A stretch of 62,632 nucleotides of DNA, counting the filler, from Choristocarpus tenellus KU-1152 (lineage: Eukaryota; Protista; Phaeophyceae): NCBI GenBank assembly GCA_964200185.2. It is 10 parts of 10 records of this genome, joined end to end, with 100 filler letters (N's around TTAATTAATTAA, not from the genome) between each part and the next. Parts side by side here need not be neighbours in the genome. Positions count along the whole stretch, not along the records: positions 22,856 to 27,714 come from CAXNAD020012761.1; positions 27,815 to 34,673 come from CAXNAD020007202.1; positions 34,774 to 43,602 come from CAXNAD020004286.1; 7 more parts are not named here. One strand, 5' to 3'. The notes under the pieces were generated by a model. It had not been told where the DNA came from and did no database searches. It worked only from the letters and a program-made list of their open reading frames with translations. A program made the position numbers and the translations under genes. How positions within the stretch are numbered: the first letter of the stretch is position 1; the number at the start of each line of letters is the position of its first letter. Below are positions 26,301-38,262 of the stretch, piece after piece.

Positions 26301-26902
26301 CGGAACACTACCAATTTCTTTTTGTCATATTCACAATACGTGTAAACACATGAGGGCTGCGCAAAACTTCAACGTCCTGTTATTTTCTCTCGACGTATCC
26401 ACTATTTTAACAGTGTTGGTGGTAAGGTGAGGTCCATGAGTCAAACTAGGGATCGGAAAGACAGGAGAAGAAAAGAGCAGGAAGAGCATTTGCTTACCTT
26501 AGTCTCCATCCGGACATCAAGTTGTTGTACACGAGTCGATAAGGTGGAAACGATCTGAAGAACGGGCAGAGGAAGAAGGGGGTGCCAGATGGTTTTGCTT
26601 TAATTGTACATCAATCTAGTGGGTTACAGTTGAGGTAAGTTAGGCCTAGGTTAGAGCTCTATAAATTATAAATATGGCAGGCGCGTCAATTGAAACAGGG
26701 CCAATGATATCACTAGAATTTTCTGGGTGGACTTCCTCCAGTCAAGGTCGCACGCAGCACATGCGTGTTGTCGACCGTCTCTCACTTGGTCGAATGGCCA
26801 CAAAACACAGTTGAATCCGGGGGAAGCAAGAGTCTGGTACTTGCCCAGTCGCTCCACGATACCGATTTCAGACGTGGAGACGCATTGGCAGCAGCACGGC
26901 AT
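23316..26902 (-). CDS. SPFH/band-7 protein, hypersensitive-induced response (HIR)-like; 5' four exons, rest beyond contig end
   Basis: Exons 26902-26786, 26554-26498, 26021-25959, 23435-23316, all phase 0. They read MPCCCQCVSTSEIGIVERLGKY...STRVQQLDVRMETK|TKDNVFVTAVVSVQYQ|VYDAYYRLTDPQAQIQSYVFDVVRSTLPRMELDQAFEAKE. Confidence 0.92.
23594..23665. repeat. Intronic ~21-bp tandem repeat (aatgcaaatctaccgctt..)
   Basis: About three imperfect copies are visible. Confidence 0.7.
24860..25270 (+). mobile_element. Possible LINE RT remnant inside HIR intron 3
   Basis: WLAYDVCII resembles a degenerate MLYADDACIV. Heavily decayed. Confidence 0.3.
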
Positions 26903-27283
26903 GTTTGATTGTGCTGTATAAACCTGAGACGAACAGTGCCATGTTTAGGAGAAGTACGCTTCAAACATGCAAATTGGAATTTCAGTGGAATAGCTTTCTT
27001 ACGTAATGTCAGGATTGGCACAGCTCAGAAAATCGCAAGCTGAATGTTGCAACGTAAGCTGGCATGCAATCCTACCTACTATAGTAGCCAGAAATTCAAG
27101 GCGGAGAAGCTGTAAGTTGATATTCGACAGTTGGCACCTCTTTTGTTGGTAAGAAACAGGTTGTGGTTACTTGCCTCTCATATTCTATCACACACTAGAT
27201 ATTTTCAAGTACATCTATAATACATATCGCAGAATTTTAGTGTTTTAGGTCACAATGAGTTTTTTTTTAGTATATATTTATAC

Positions 27284-27438
27284 TATTATGCCCTCTGACA
27301 TTTTGCATATGTGTCAGGGGAAAACCAATGAAAACTATATACATATGTGTATATAAGATGTCCCAAACATAAGAATACTATAAGACAATTTTCATTGGTT
27401 TCCCCTGACACATCTGCAAAATGTCAGAGGGAATAATA
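27284..27438. mobile_element. MITE/foldback element with ~50-bp terminal inverted repeats
   Basis: tattatgccctctgacattttgcatatgtgtcaggggaaaaccaatgaaaa (27284-27334) is inverted at 27388-27438. An extra partial right arm lies at ~27485-27528, and the flanks are TA-rich. Confidence 0.75.
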
Positions 27439-27714
27439 ATATATACTATGTTGGATTCTTGGGATGCTTCCTTAGCTCCCCCCCCAGACACATCTGCAAC
27501 ATGTCAGAGGGCATAATAATATAATATATACTGTAAGACAATGCGTGGATATAATAGTATAAAGCATGTTTGACTGTTATTATACCGTTATTGCCATATA
27601 CCGTTATACCGTGGTACCGATTGAGGTTCTCAGTCAAGAATCCATGATTCCATGGACAGACTTTCTGTCCGAATGTCACACATGGAAGATCCACTTCGTT
27701 CTCACGTCTTGACT

Positions 27715-27814
27715 NNNNNNNNNNNNNNNNNNNNNNNNNNNNNNNNNNNNNNNNNNNNTTAATTAATTAANNNNNNNNNNNNNNNNNNNNNNNNNNNNNN
27801 NNNNNNNNNNNNNN
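27715..27814. other. Artificial contig-joining linker
   Basis: N44-TTAATTAATTAA-N44. Confidence 0.97.
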
Positions 27815-28433
27815 GTTGGCGGATGGGGGGGGGGGGGGTGGGGGTGGGGTGAGTGGGAAGGGGTTTTTAAGGAATTGGAGCTGGTTGTAGGATTGGACCC
27901 CTTTGGTTGAGTGCGTGTATCTCTTGGATTGCCTTAGAAAGTTGTGGCAGTTGCGGAGGTGGGGAGGAAACCCCAGGGACTCTACCATCACAGTTGACTG
28001 AACTAAGGTACCCTGCATACAGCGACAAGTGCTGACATGATAAACTACGTTATTTTCTTGTACTGATGCTCGCATAGGAAACGCCTTCTACTATTTCTAT
28101 CGCCTTAACCCTCTTTGCACTTCACTGTGTTCACCACCTGGTCCAAACCGCAACTTGACTGCGTTCTCACACTGCGTTCGTTGCAAAGTATTTTATATTG
28201 CCCCTGTGGCTGCTCTCTTTGGGAGTGGAACATTATGCGTTATTTGTAGATGCTCGACTCTCTTGCCCCTCCCCCCCCCCCGGATAAATTGATGTTCTTG
28301 GTCAATCTTCGTGTTTACCCATCTGTCTTCGTGTCTGTCTGGGTAATGATATTTTTTTTTAAGTAGAGCAGGTATGATAAAACAGGGGTTCCTATGCCAT
28401 CTCCACTGAAACTCAACCCATATCCAACAACAG

Positions 28434-31400
28434 GAAAATGTTACTGGATGCTGGAGGTGTGGAAGAACTCCTCTGGCTGATGACGTTTGCAACCAAGTAT
28501 ATGAACACATTTGTCAAGGGACATGGTCGCACTGCGAGTCCTCCCCCCCGTGGAACCAGAAACAATGGGCGGTGGTATAGTGAGGGTGTGGATCGTGATG
28601 GAGCCCGGTCCCTCTCTCCCCAACCCAGTCCCAGTATGGTGGGTTTACAGGCACCCAATGAAGGCGTGATTTTACTTCAGGTGCTGTCTTTGTTCACCAT
28701 CCTGCTCAAGGGAGGTAGAGATGGGGAGGTGAGTTGTAGGTTTTATCTGGTTGCAGCCCCTGAGTCTATTACATACGTACTTGCTCTGTTACTTACTGGT
28801 GCCCACTGTGGACGATGTCTTACCCTCCCCACCTCCTCCCCCACAAGTTGCCAGTACTAGCTGCCTGACAGTTATGTTTTTTTAAACCAGTACAATGCAA
28901 GGAGGGTTAGTTGAGACTAGAGTACCCCCTATGATGGATGTTAATTTGTCTGAAAAAGGGCTGTACTTTGATGGGTTCTACTTGGCTCTACTCTTGGACT
29001 GGAGTTCTTCACAAGAACTTTGTGTTGATCTGAGTGTTTTCAAGATGCTCTGTTGATAAGACTTACTACAACAGGTACAAGTATGGGTGAAATAATAATT
29101 TGCTCCCCCTCCTCTTCCCTGACCACTCCATAGCCGAACAAATTTTTTTTGAAGGTGCTTGGTTTGTTTGAACAGAACTCTTTTTCTAAGGGATCTAACA
29201 TGCGAGGGAGTTGCAGCAATGTATGTCCCCTGTCTTTTGAAATAGTAACATCATCATTCCTCTACATTGCAGCTACTGTCCTGCTATGGAGCAGTGCACT
29301 TCAGTGGAAGGGATTTATATTTCCTTAATCAAATTCTGAAACTATCTATTGCAGTAGCATTACACAACACAGATCTACTTCCCCCAGGGGTCATCACGAC
29401 CCACCTTTCACTACATGAAACCCTAACCCTAACCCTAACCCTAACCTATACAATAGTGCCTTACGTCCCAACCTATCATTTCAGTGCTTGTGTGTATTTC
29501 CTCGTGTACTTGTGCGTGTGTGCATATGTGCATGTGCTAATCATATGCCTGGGCTAACTTGGAGGGCAGGTTTGTCAACCCTCTTCGCTTTCACTATTTT
29601 TATTTTGCACTGCTTGTACTCTTCTGTACTTGTACTTTTATGGACTCTGCTTGTACCCCCAATGCACCATACTCGTGGGCTCACTAGGTGGGTGGGGTCA
29701 TCGCAGCCCTGCGCTCCAGGCGAGCTGTGGCCCTGCCCTTGCTCCTTCGATGCCTTCGGCGTGATTATGCCCTTGCTGTACCAGAGGTTGCATATGCTGC
29801 AGCAGAGGCAAGAGAGTCAGCACACTGGGTTTTATTAACCCCTGTTTGATGACTAGTGACTGTGCTGGTAATTATACATTGGGTAACGACTGGATTTCTT
29901 GATTTGTGTATATATATGTGGAGAGAGAGACGTTAAGCCTGTAACAGCAAATAGTTTCCCCTCCCCCCCGTCGCATCCATCAGTACCTCAGTGTGGTCAT
30001 TGCAGCATCCTCAGGACTCTGCTGGGATCTGGTTGGAGCAGGGGCTTTGGTCTTTCTCCTTGACACCCTGCTGGCCCGCCCAATCTACAATGAAAGCGTT
30101 GGAGGCGGTAAGGGCGTTACTGGGGGAGGGGGGGGGAGGTTGAGGACAGTTGATGCGATTAGCAAGGATGGGACTATGACTGGAGGCCTTGAGTTCAAAG
30201 GTGTAGATGTGTTGGAGGCAGAGTCAGGGGGAGGTGTGGGGGGAAGTCAAGAGATAGAGTCCTCACTTGAGGGAAATGGCTGCTTTGACATGAATGAGGC
30301 ATGGGTGTCAGATAGTCTCACAGATGTATTTCTCCACCTAGGCCTCATCAATGTGGCTGCTGGAGGAGAGGGTGGGAGTGGTAGGAGCCAGGGGGTGCAG
30401 AGTCTTCAAGTTGTGAGTCTTGACTTACTTAGGGAGGCATGTTTGGCCAACCTTGTGGCACTGTGTCCATTGTGCCCACCTCCCCCCATCCCCCCGCCTC
30501 AAGGAGGCCCTGTGTTGGGTGGAGGGCAGAATCACAGACTGAATAGGGATGAAGGACAGGAATCCAGGACTGATGGCATGAATCAGCCCATAGGTGCTGG
30601 GGCAGGTGGGTGGAATTGCAGAGGCATGGTCAATGTGAATGGGCTAGAGGGGATCGGGAGAGAGGAAGAGGAGGAGCAGGAAAGGATGCTGGGGGACGTG
30701 ATGTCACAGCTGCTTACTCCAGGGCTTCATCGACTGGCTATGGCAGACGCTCGGGAGTTCATTAGGGTGCTGCGCTCACCGGGTGAGGGTGATGGCAAGG
30801 GTGGGGTAGGGACTGTTGTGGCTAGGGGAAGGAGGTGGGGCAGCGCTTCTGGTGCAGGAGGTGGAAGCCCTGTTGCAGGCAAGGCGGGTTTGTTAGAGAG
30901 CGTTGGGGCAGTGCGTACACCTTTGGTGGTGTGGACGAGTGGTATGATGAAGGACCTTGAAGCCACACTGAGGCAGGAGGCGAGCAGGGTGGATGGGGCA
31001 GCGGCTGCGGGGATATGGCCCCTTTGGGCTGTGGATGACGTTTGTGCTGCAGAAGGGTACAAGTTTCAGGTGTGTGTGGTTATGAACGTGAGTGTGACTT
31101 CATTTATGTTCTTGTTTAAAGTTTATGCGGGGGTGTGTGTATGCGACTGAGCATTCATTGATGTTGCCTTGTTGCGAATTGTGTTTACGTTTTGTAAGCG
31201 GTGGGTTTTTTTCTACCCAACACATATAATCGAAATGCAGTAGTGATGTATTTGTTGTGATGTGATGTGTTTGCTCTTTATTCCTTTATCCCACTGCTTA
31301 TCGAACACCTAGGGAATGTTCTGGGTCAATTTGGACTGAATTGGAACCTCAGTAGTAGGGATACTAATCATCACTTTGCGAAGTGCTCTCCACTTACATA

Positions 31401-32160
31401 GTACCACAATCTCAGAAATAGAAGTTCCGCCCTGGAAGGTTTTTCCAAGTGAGTTAGAAACAGATGTCGAGACTGAACCAGCAAAAGAGTGAGCATGTGG
31501 ACCACTTTCTCTCTCTCCATCAAAAATACTGTATGTGCATATTGGAGTAAAATAGCGCACCTTAAGAATGCGACCAGTCTCTGTACGTAAAACACCTGTG
31601 TGCGTAGTATGTCTTACACTAGAATGCAGTGTGGGCGACAATATGCATTGCTCCTCGAAATGTGCTCCATCTCACCACAGACCCCTGTACCCTCCTCTTT
31701 CTCTTCAAAACGTGCACCTTTGGCGTACTCTGTACCTCAACCTTTTGACCTCTCAATTTCTCCCTGTCTCAACCCTCCGCAGTACCCCTCGCTTGCAAGT
31801 GCCCCCATCATCTGTGGCCTCTACATCGACCTGGTGGCCACAGCTGATCGTCAGTCACTGAGCCGATCGCTTGATATAGTACAAGTATCGCCGATGGCAT
31901 TCCTCGCCGCACTCGATGACACTCTCCTGTATGCACAGAGCACCTCAAGAGCTTCATTAAGGATGGACGGTGGCAATTTAGAAGCAGGAGAGGTGGGAAG
32001 TGGTAGTGACAGAGGGGTCAATCAGACTTGGCCACGGGTAGACACGTGGGTCAAAAGTCTGGGCGTTGTGGAGCTCGCAGCTTTAGCAGAGAAGATCAAG
32101 AGAGTCAGGGAAGGTCTGGTGTGCGACTTTTCTGTTATGTTTGATTCACCCTTTTCATGA
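28434..32160 (+). CDS. 3' part of a large ARM-repeat protein, RME-8/DNAJC13 (GRV2)-like C-terminus
   Basis: Exons 28434-28728, 29688-29786, 29984-31069, 31783-32160(?) are in phase. LLTPGL...TPLVVWTSGMMKDL...W...YPSLASAPIICGLYI...PMAFLAAL parallels the RME-8 pattern TPELxW...YPSL..E..VGG.Y..L...P..FL..L. Long Gly-rich insertions are present. Confidence 0.6.
29420..29446 (+). repeat. Interstitial telomere-like (CCCTAA)n
   Basis: aaccctaaccctaaccctaaccctaacc within an intron. Confidence 0.8.
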
Positions 32161-33166
32161 GCAGGCTCGCTCTTAGACTTGAATCCCCCAGCAAATAGTG
32201 CTGTGCAAATGAGAGGCAGAAAGCTTCCCGTACTTGAGAGTTGGAGTTTTAGTGTGTCCTACATTTTCGTGTCTGCGTTGTATAGTCCTTGTGTCGTTTG
32301 GGTGGGGCACCAATGTGTCCAATAGGTACCCCACTGTTTTGTGTTATCCATCATGACAAAATTTTGATTGTGTTGTTTGTAATGGCTATATACCTGGGGT
32401 TTTTTGTTATTACTTGTGTTTAAAATAGGCTCAAGTCTACTGGTTTGTTATACTTGCATCTTAGATAAAAGTAAGAAATGTTGGTGTATAACCACATACA
32501 TTGCTACTTTGTTTGAAATTTAGGTGGGCATATTCGTAGTCATAGTTGTAGACACCCCCCTCATCTCCCCCCCTTTTGAATGGCAATGATTTGCCTATAT
32601 TTCCATGTACCACAAATGTACCCAACAAGATTTGGACTGTGGTCAAACCCTCCGCTCATCCTTGTTGCAGCTTGTTGTGCTACCACAAACCTTTTGTCCT
32701 CACCACCCAGATAAGTAATTTAATTGATGCTCTATCTCTCTCCTGATTAGCAATGCAATGAGTGTTTCATAAGAGTCTCACTTTCTCCTCTCACCAAATG
32801 AAAGCCATGTTTTTTTTTAATCTTGAAAATGATCACTACGCCATCCATTATTTGATCTTCGGCATTGCACCTGTTTTCACTACCTCCTTCCCAAGTATAA
32901 CACAGCAGTTCATTAGCACTCTGGAATAAGTATTATACTTCAGAGTATTTGACAGGGGAGACGACCCAGCTGTGCCGCTTTTGCAAACTCTAGAGATGGC
33001 CAAGAATAAGCAATGGCGAGAAAAAACGAAACAGGCATGCTAACTAACGCAGAATTAATTAACAAAATCCCTCACCCACTTGAACAACCTACTTTCCTCC
33101 CCCTCACACAACCCTCCGCATGCAATCGAAGTTGAATCTTGAGAAGTGAGAAGTGCCCTACATTTT

Positions 33167-33530
33167 AAGCATCTGGGTGGGAGTTTCCATTATTCATCCA
33201 CCTCCAGCCTCTACAAAAGTTGTACTCAGTGCACTCCACCAAGAGCACTCTGAACCATGGATCCTCTACCAAGATTTGTTGTCGTAAGTTCTTTGGCAGG
33301 CAGTGCCTTTGTTACTATTAATATGTTATCTACCTTGGAATTCCTCAGCGGACCTTCATTATAAGCATCTGGGTGGGAGTTTCCATTATCTGTCCATCCC
33401 CGGCCTCCAAAAGAGCACTCTGAATTATGAACTCCCCACCAAGATTTGTTGTCATATGTTCTTTGGCAGGCAGTACCTTCAGTACCTTTTGTTACTATTG
33501 TGTTACCACCTTGGAACCCCTCAGCAGATC
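33167..33530. repeat. Diverged tandem duplication, ~190/170-bp unit x2
   Basis: aagcatctgggtgggagtttccattat...aagagcactctgaa...ccaagatttgttgtc...gttctttggcaggcagt...accttggaa..cctcagc occurs at ~33167 and ~33363. Confidence 0.8.
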
Positions 33531-33912
33531 TTGCCCACTGCTACTGACAATCAATTCTGAAGTTCTACACAAGGAACTGCCTATTGCATCAAATACAGAC
33601 AGTTGCTTTTTCTACAGGGAGACTGGTAAGTAGAAGAGGCTGCCTGCCGCATCCCTACCCAATTCCCAATCCAACATTACGCCTTCCTCACCACTATAAC
33701 TTGCCTGCCTGGTACTTTAAAGAGCTCAAGTCTCTCAACAACCCTAAGTCACAGGTGATGAAACTGCTCTTCAAAGTAGGAACTCAACCTTCAACTCCCT
33801 GTTTGTCATAAATGTGTAATCTAGACCTCTGCATCACTCCCTCAAACAGCACCACGATTGATTGTGAGATGCCCCCTGCTCCTCCCCTCCCCTCCCCTCC
33901 CCTCCAAAGTTT

Positions 33913-34044
<132 letters not shown>

Positions 34045-34673
34045 TCACAAAAACACACCAGGCAGCCATCGTAGCACAAATGAGAGGCAGGGATGGGATT
34101 AACAGACTTGGCAAGTTAGAATTTTAAAATCAGTCTTGAAGCAGGTGGCAATGCAGAGAGAGAGAGGGAGAGAGTTGCAAATGCCCCTGAAACATCACTT
34201 TCACTTTGCCCAACGAATTCCAGATGTTGAAGTATAATGGAATAAAAACACCTGACCTTCCTATTTTTTTTGTTCTTTCAAGTGCGCAACAGTTGAAAAG
34301 ATAAAAAAGCTTTCTATTCCTAATGAAAATGGCTACCATGCATATTTGATAAAGCCAGTGATTTAAGACCTTTGAAACGAACCGATCACTCACTTACTCC
34401 ACATGATGCAGCAAATGATCAAAAAGTGAGGAGTCAAGAGTGCATGGTCTCATCGCTCCATGCTTCACAGAACATACAAACATCATTTAAGCACACAGCA
34501 AAGACTCTCCAAAAGGCAACAATGGCATGAAATGAAAACATCCGAAAATCCTCCTCTCTTTGCTCACGCTGCATTTCAGTTCTTCAATGCGGAGTGAAGC
34601 ACAATGGAAGCAGTTACAGCCCCAACATATTTCTCCTCCAGCAAGGAACCTCAGCGCTGAAGGGGGGGGGAGG

Positions 34674-34773
34674 NNNNNNNNNNNNNNNNNNNNNNNNNNN
34701 NNNNNNNNNNNNNNNNNTTAATTAATTAANNNNNNNNNNNNNNNNNNNNNNNNNNNNNNNNNNNNNNNNNNNN
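34674..34773. other. Artificial contig-joining linker
   Basis: N44-TTAATTAATTAA-N44. Confidence 0.97.
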
Positions 34774-35969
34774 CCTCCATAAAATGCTCCATCCTCAATT
34801 TTGCCGAGAGGCTGTTATGTCTTGAGTGTAATATTGTTGTGTTGACAGCTTAACAGTAGTGAGCATACTACATAATAGCCCTTCTCAGTCATGCTATCTT
34901 CCAAGCATGGGCGCGCCTGCTTATTTCCGTGAACAAGAATAAAATAGCTGGCTTTGACAATACAACATACTCAACACATGATGTTGAGCCCAGAGTCTGC
35001 TATTGAAGCCCAGAGTGACATTTAAAAAAAAAAGTGACCGTTGAGTTATGCTAGACGAAACTAAGTGGAACTTTCTCATGCATGCTATAAATTATCGCTG
35101 GTGGGGACCTAGTTGAAATGAGGCATAATCTCACAACATGTTGTCTGAATGCATGGGCTTTGTTGTCATTATAAGACCAATAATGATCATCACGTTGTTG
35201 TCCTACTCTATCTGCCCCACTCTGTTGATGCAGTGACCGGTGCTTCAGAATATGTATGTGATGAAGAATCCTCTCGATACCAAATGGTCAACAAAAAAAC
35301 TGTCTTCCTATTCCACAAAAACGTCAATCCTACAAAAAACAACACAATAATATCCTTCCAAAAGATGGCGTTCAGGGACGAAGAGGCTTGTTCCCGTGCT
35401 TAAAAACTTCTTCTTCCACTAAATGAATGATTTTCTCTATAATATTTAAGATGTCTGATGATCTCCCACAAATGTGTTTGTGTTTGTTTTCATGGTTGGA
35501 TGGACAATATTGGACAGTTTCTCCCCGGGTATGGTAGAGCAGAGAGGTTTTCAATGGCAGTGCCCTTTTTGCTGTGATTCTATGATCTACTGTGTTTATC
35601 CTTGTATTTCGTTTCTTGGTGATGGGACAAATCTCTGAATAACAGCAGATTTCAAAAATTAACCACCTTATTATTTTGTGTTTGTGTTACCTTTATGTGT
35701 GGAAAAGGATGTATGTGTATGATAGTACACTACGGGTCAGTCTGCTTCTTTTTTTTTCTTGTTTTTATTTATTTCTGTTAAAAGAAAAAGGTTTCTTGTA
35801 GGCAGTATGTTTAGAATACACTTTGTGGTAGGCTTTCACTTGATTGTGAAGTCCGATGATGGAGAATGAGGACAGTGAGGTTCGAGTGTCATACTAGGAT
35901 AACGTTTGCCAGGGCAAACGTTGCAAGGGGTAGTTTCCTGGTTATCTGGATCTCCAACTCAGACTACAA

Positions 35970-37345
35970 CTTCCTCCGTTCGGATTTAAATGTAACATAA
36001 CTTTTCCAAGCTCCGTTCTCGCCCGGGAACTACCTGCATGACAAATCCTCCAGACGAGGCTTAGTTCTCATATAGATTGGGAGGCGTACAAAGTTTGATA
36101 TGGTGGGCTGTCCTGACTGTGGAGGATCACCAGTGCAAAGTCGACCAAGTCGCATTTGACGAGGTTCAACAACGTTGTGAAATTGTCAAGCAGTTTGTTT
36201 TTGGGATGCCTAGGATAAAGGCCCCTGTTGTTCGAGTGGCTTGCTCATCCCGTTGTTGCCCATAGGTCTCAATTATTTGGTCCAGAAGTCTGTCCAGGGT
36301 CAGTACTCAAACATCCCGAAGAAGAACAGTGTGGTAGCATAATGCCTGGACGCAAGGGGGTGCGAGACTCGGATGCCTCGGGGGACGGTGGAAGCCATCA
36401 CGGAGGACTTTATTTAGAACTTCCCGATTCACCGTGTTCCATCATCTGAAGGATTATGGCAGCCAGATCGCACGGGGTGAATGCATGGACCTTGTACGAT
36501 GTCGTAAGGGGCAATGTGGTCACTGTACACAAGTATCCTCGACGTTTGGGACGTCCCATTGGTACACCGCATGTCCTTCCGCAAAAGGGTAGACAAAGCT
36601 GAGGTCTCCTTTGCCTTGTTGTGGAATCTGTGCAAGTGAGAGAAGGTGAAGAAGGTCACAAGTGGTGGATTACGCCAATTCTCTCAGACCAGTAGAAAGT
36701 CAACAGGGTGGGTTTCGTCATCAGTCACACACGCAGGAAGGGGGGAAGTGGGGTATTAGTGGACGACCTATATGACTGGGTGCATGTGTGCGAGAAGTGG
36801 TTTTACATCCTCAAAAAGGGCAGGGTGTGTACTTGCACCCCACACAGGCACAGAATAACGCATTACATTGCGATGGTGATGTTCCTTGCAGCTGTGGTCC
36901 ACCCTAGGAAGCCCTCCAAAATGGTGTGGTTCGATGGGAAAATCGGGATCTGGCCAATCATGGACACTAAGGTCACTAAGCACTCCAGTAAACACCACCC
37001 AAGGGCACCAAGGTGCTTGTGCTAGCCACAGTGGACTGGGAAAGGTATAAGAAGCTCATGATCAAGGATGTCATCCCAGCAATCAAGGCCCACATGCCTA
37101 CGCTGGAAGGACACAAAATCTTTGTGCAACAGGGCTGGGCAAAGCACACACCAACGAGGGGATCACCGAGGCAGTTGAGGAGATGGCATGGGACAACACT
37201 GTCGTAGAGACCCAGGCAGTCAATGCACCCAACCTCAGCATCAACGACCTGGGATTCTTTCATTCCATCCAGCAACCAAAGGAAGACGTGGGGGTGACCA
37301 ACACAGAGGAGCTGGTGGAGGTCACAATCATAGGACAGGTGTAGG
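35970..37345 (+). mobile_element. Decayed plant-type mariner (Tc1/mariner, DD39D-like) transposon
   Basis: DWVHVCEKWFY (cf. VHIDEKWFY), VMFLAAV..PR, WFDGKIGIWP, YKKLMIKDVIPAIKAHMP, IFVQQ, and QAVNAPNLSINDLGFFHSIQ (cf. QPPNSPDxNxLDLGFF). Frameshifted. A TIR-like cttcctccgttcgg lies at 35970. Confidence 0.85.
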
Positions 37346-38073
37346 CTGCCCGATTTTCCTTGAATGTTGGTGGCCAACCTTACAGTGTTTGCACAATACA
37401 CCCATAAAATATAAACATGTGAAAGTGAGAGATCTGGTGCCGTAAGCATGACTGATCATAAAGTTCTCTACCTCCTCCTGTACACACATTACAGTTTTGG
37501 TGTCAAATTGTGTGTGGAAAGGGGGAATATCAATTTTGCGTTCATTATCGTACACATCAGGCAATGAAATAGAGTGTGTTGCACATGGTAAGAAAGGTGG
37601 CTTAGGTGTCCACACCTGCCTACCTCTCAATCGGGTTGACACTTACAGCACTGAAGATTAGGCATTACCTCGATATTCTGGTGAACAAATCATTTCTACA
37701 CCATGGAACAGGGCTGAAGGAAGACTTCGCGATCAATCACAGCTACACCCAATCAATCAGTTAAATTTCCATTTCACACCAGCAACAGTACTGTTTGGAG
37801 GGTATATTTTCAAGGTCAGTTTGTAGTAGGAGCTAAAAAAAGGGGGTTCTCTTGTTGGGTTGCAAGGTTTGAGTCTTGATTGAAAAATACAGTGTTGATA
37901 AGTGAACAGGATGCCGAAATCTGCGTGCATCAACCTTCAGAATGCACCCAATCTTTTCACGCGCGTACTACATCATTTATCGTGCTTCATACATACACTT
38001 GGTTTGATTATTGTACGAGAGACATACCCAAGCACAATGCACTTGGTTGGATCAGTCCATGATAGATATCCCC

Positions 38074-38262
38074 GAGCACAAAGTATCTGGGGGCGTGTAG
38101 CGGCTGTCTATTCTGGGCCCATTTTTTACATGTCGCAATTTTTGGGTGAATTGGTTGCATGCGTCGGACGGATAATGTAAGTGCACTTTTCCTGGTCAGG
38201 GCCCGAATGGACACTCTGGTGTAGACCCCCCCCCCCCCCCCCCCTCCAGATACTTTGAGCCA
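38074..38262. mobile_element. ~190-bp MITE (TIR caaagtatctgggg), copy A
   Basis: caaagtatctggggg...ccctccagatactttgagcc, with an inner inverted segment gtctattctgggccc/gggcccgaatggac. A reverse-complement copy lies at 42534-42717. Confidence 0.75.

Noticed and set aside
35360-35430. GRRGLFP peptide reminiscent of an SH3 C-terminus
   Set aside because: Too short, and no supporting upstream exon.
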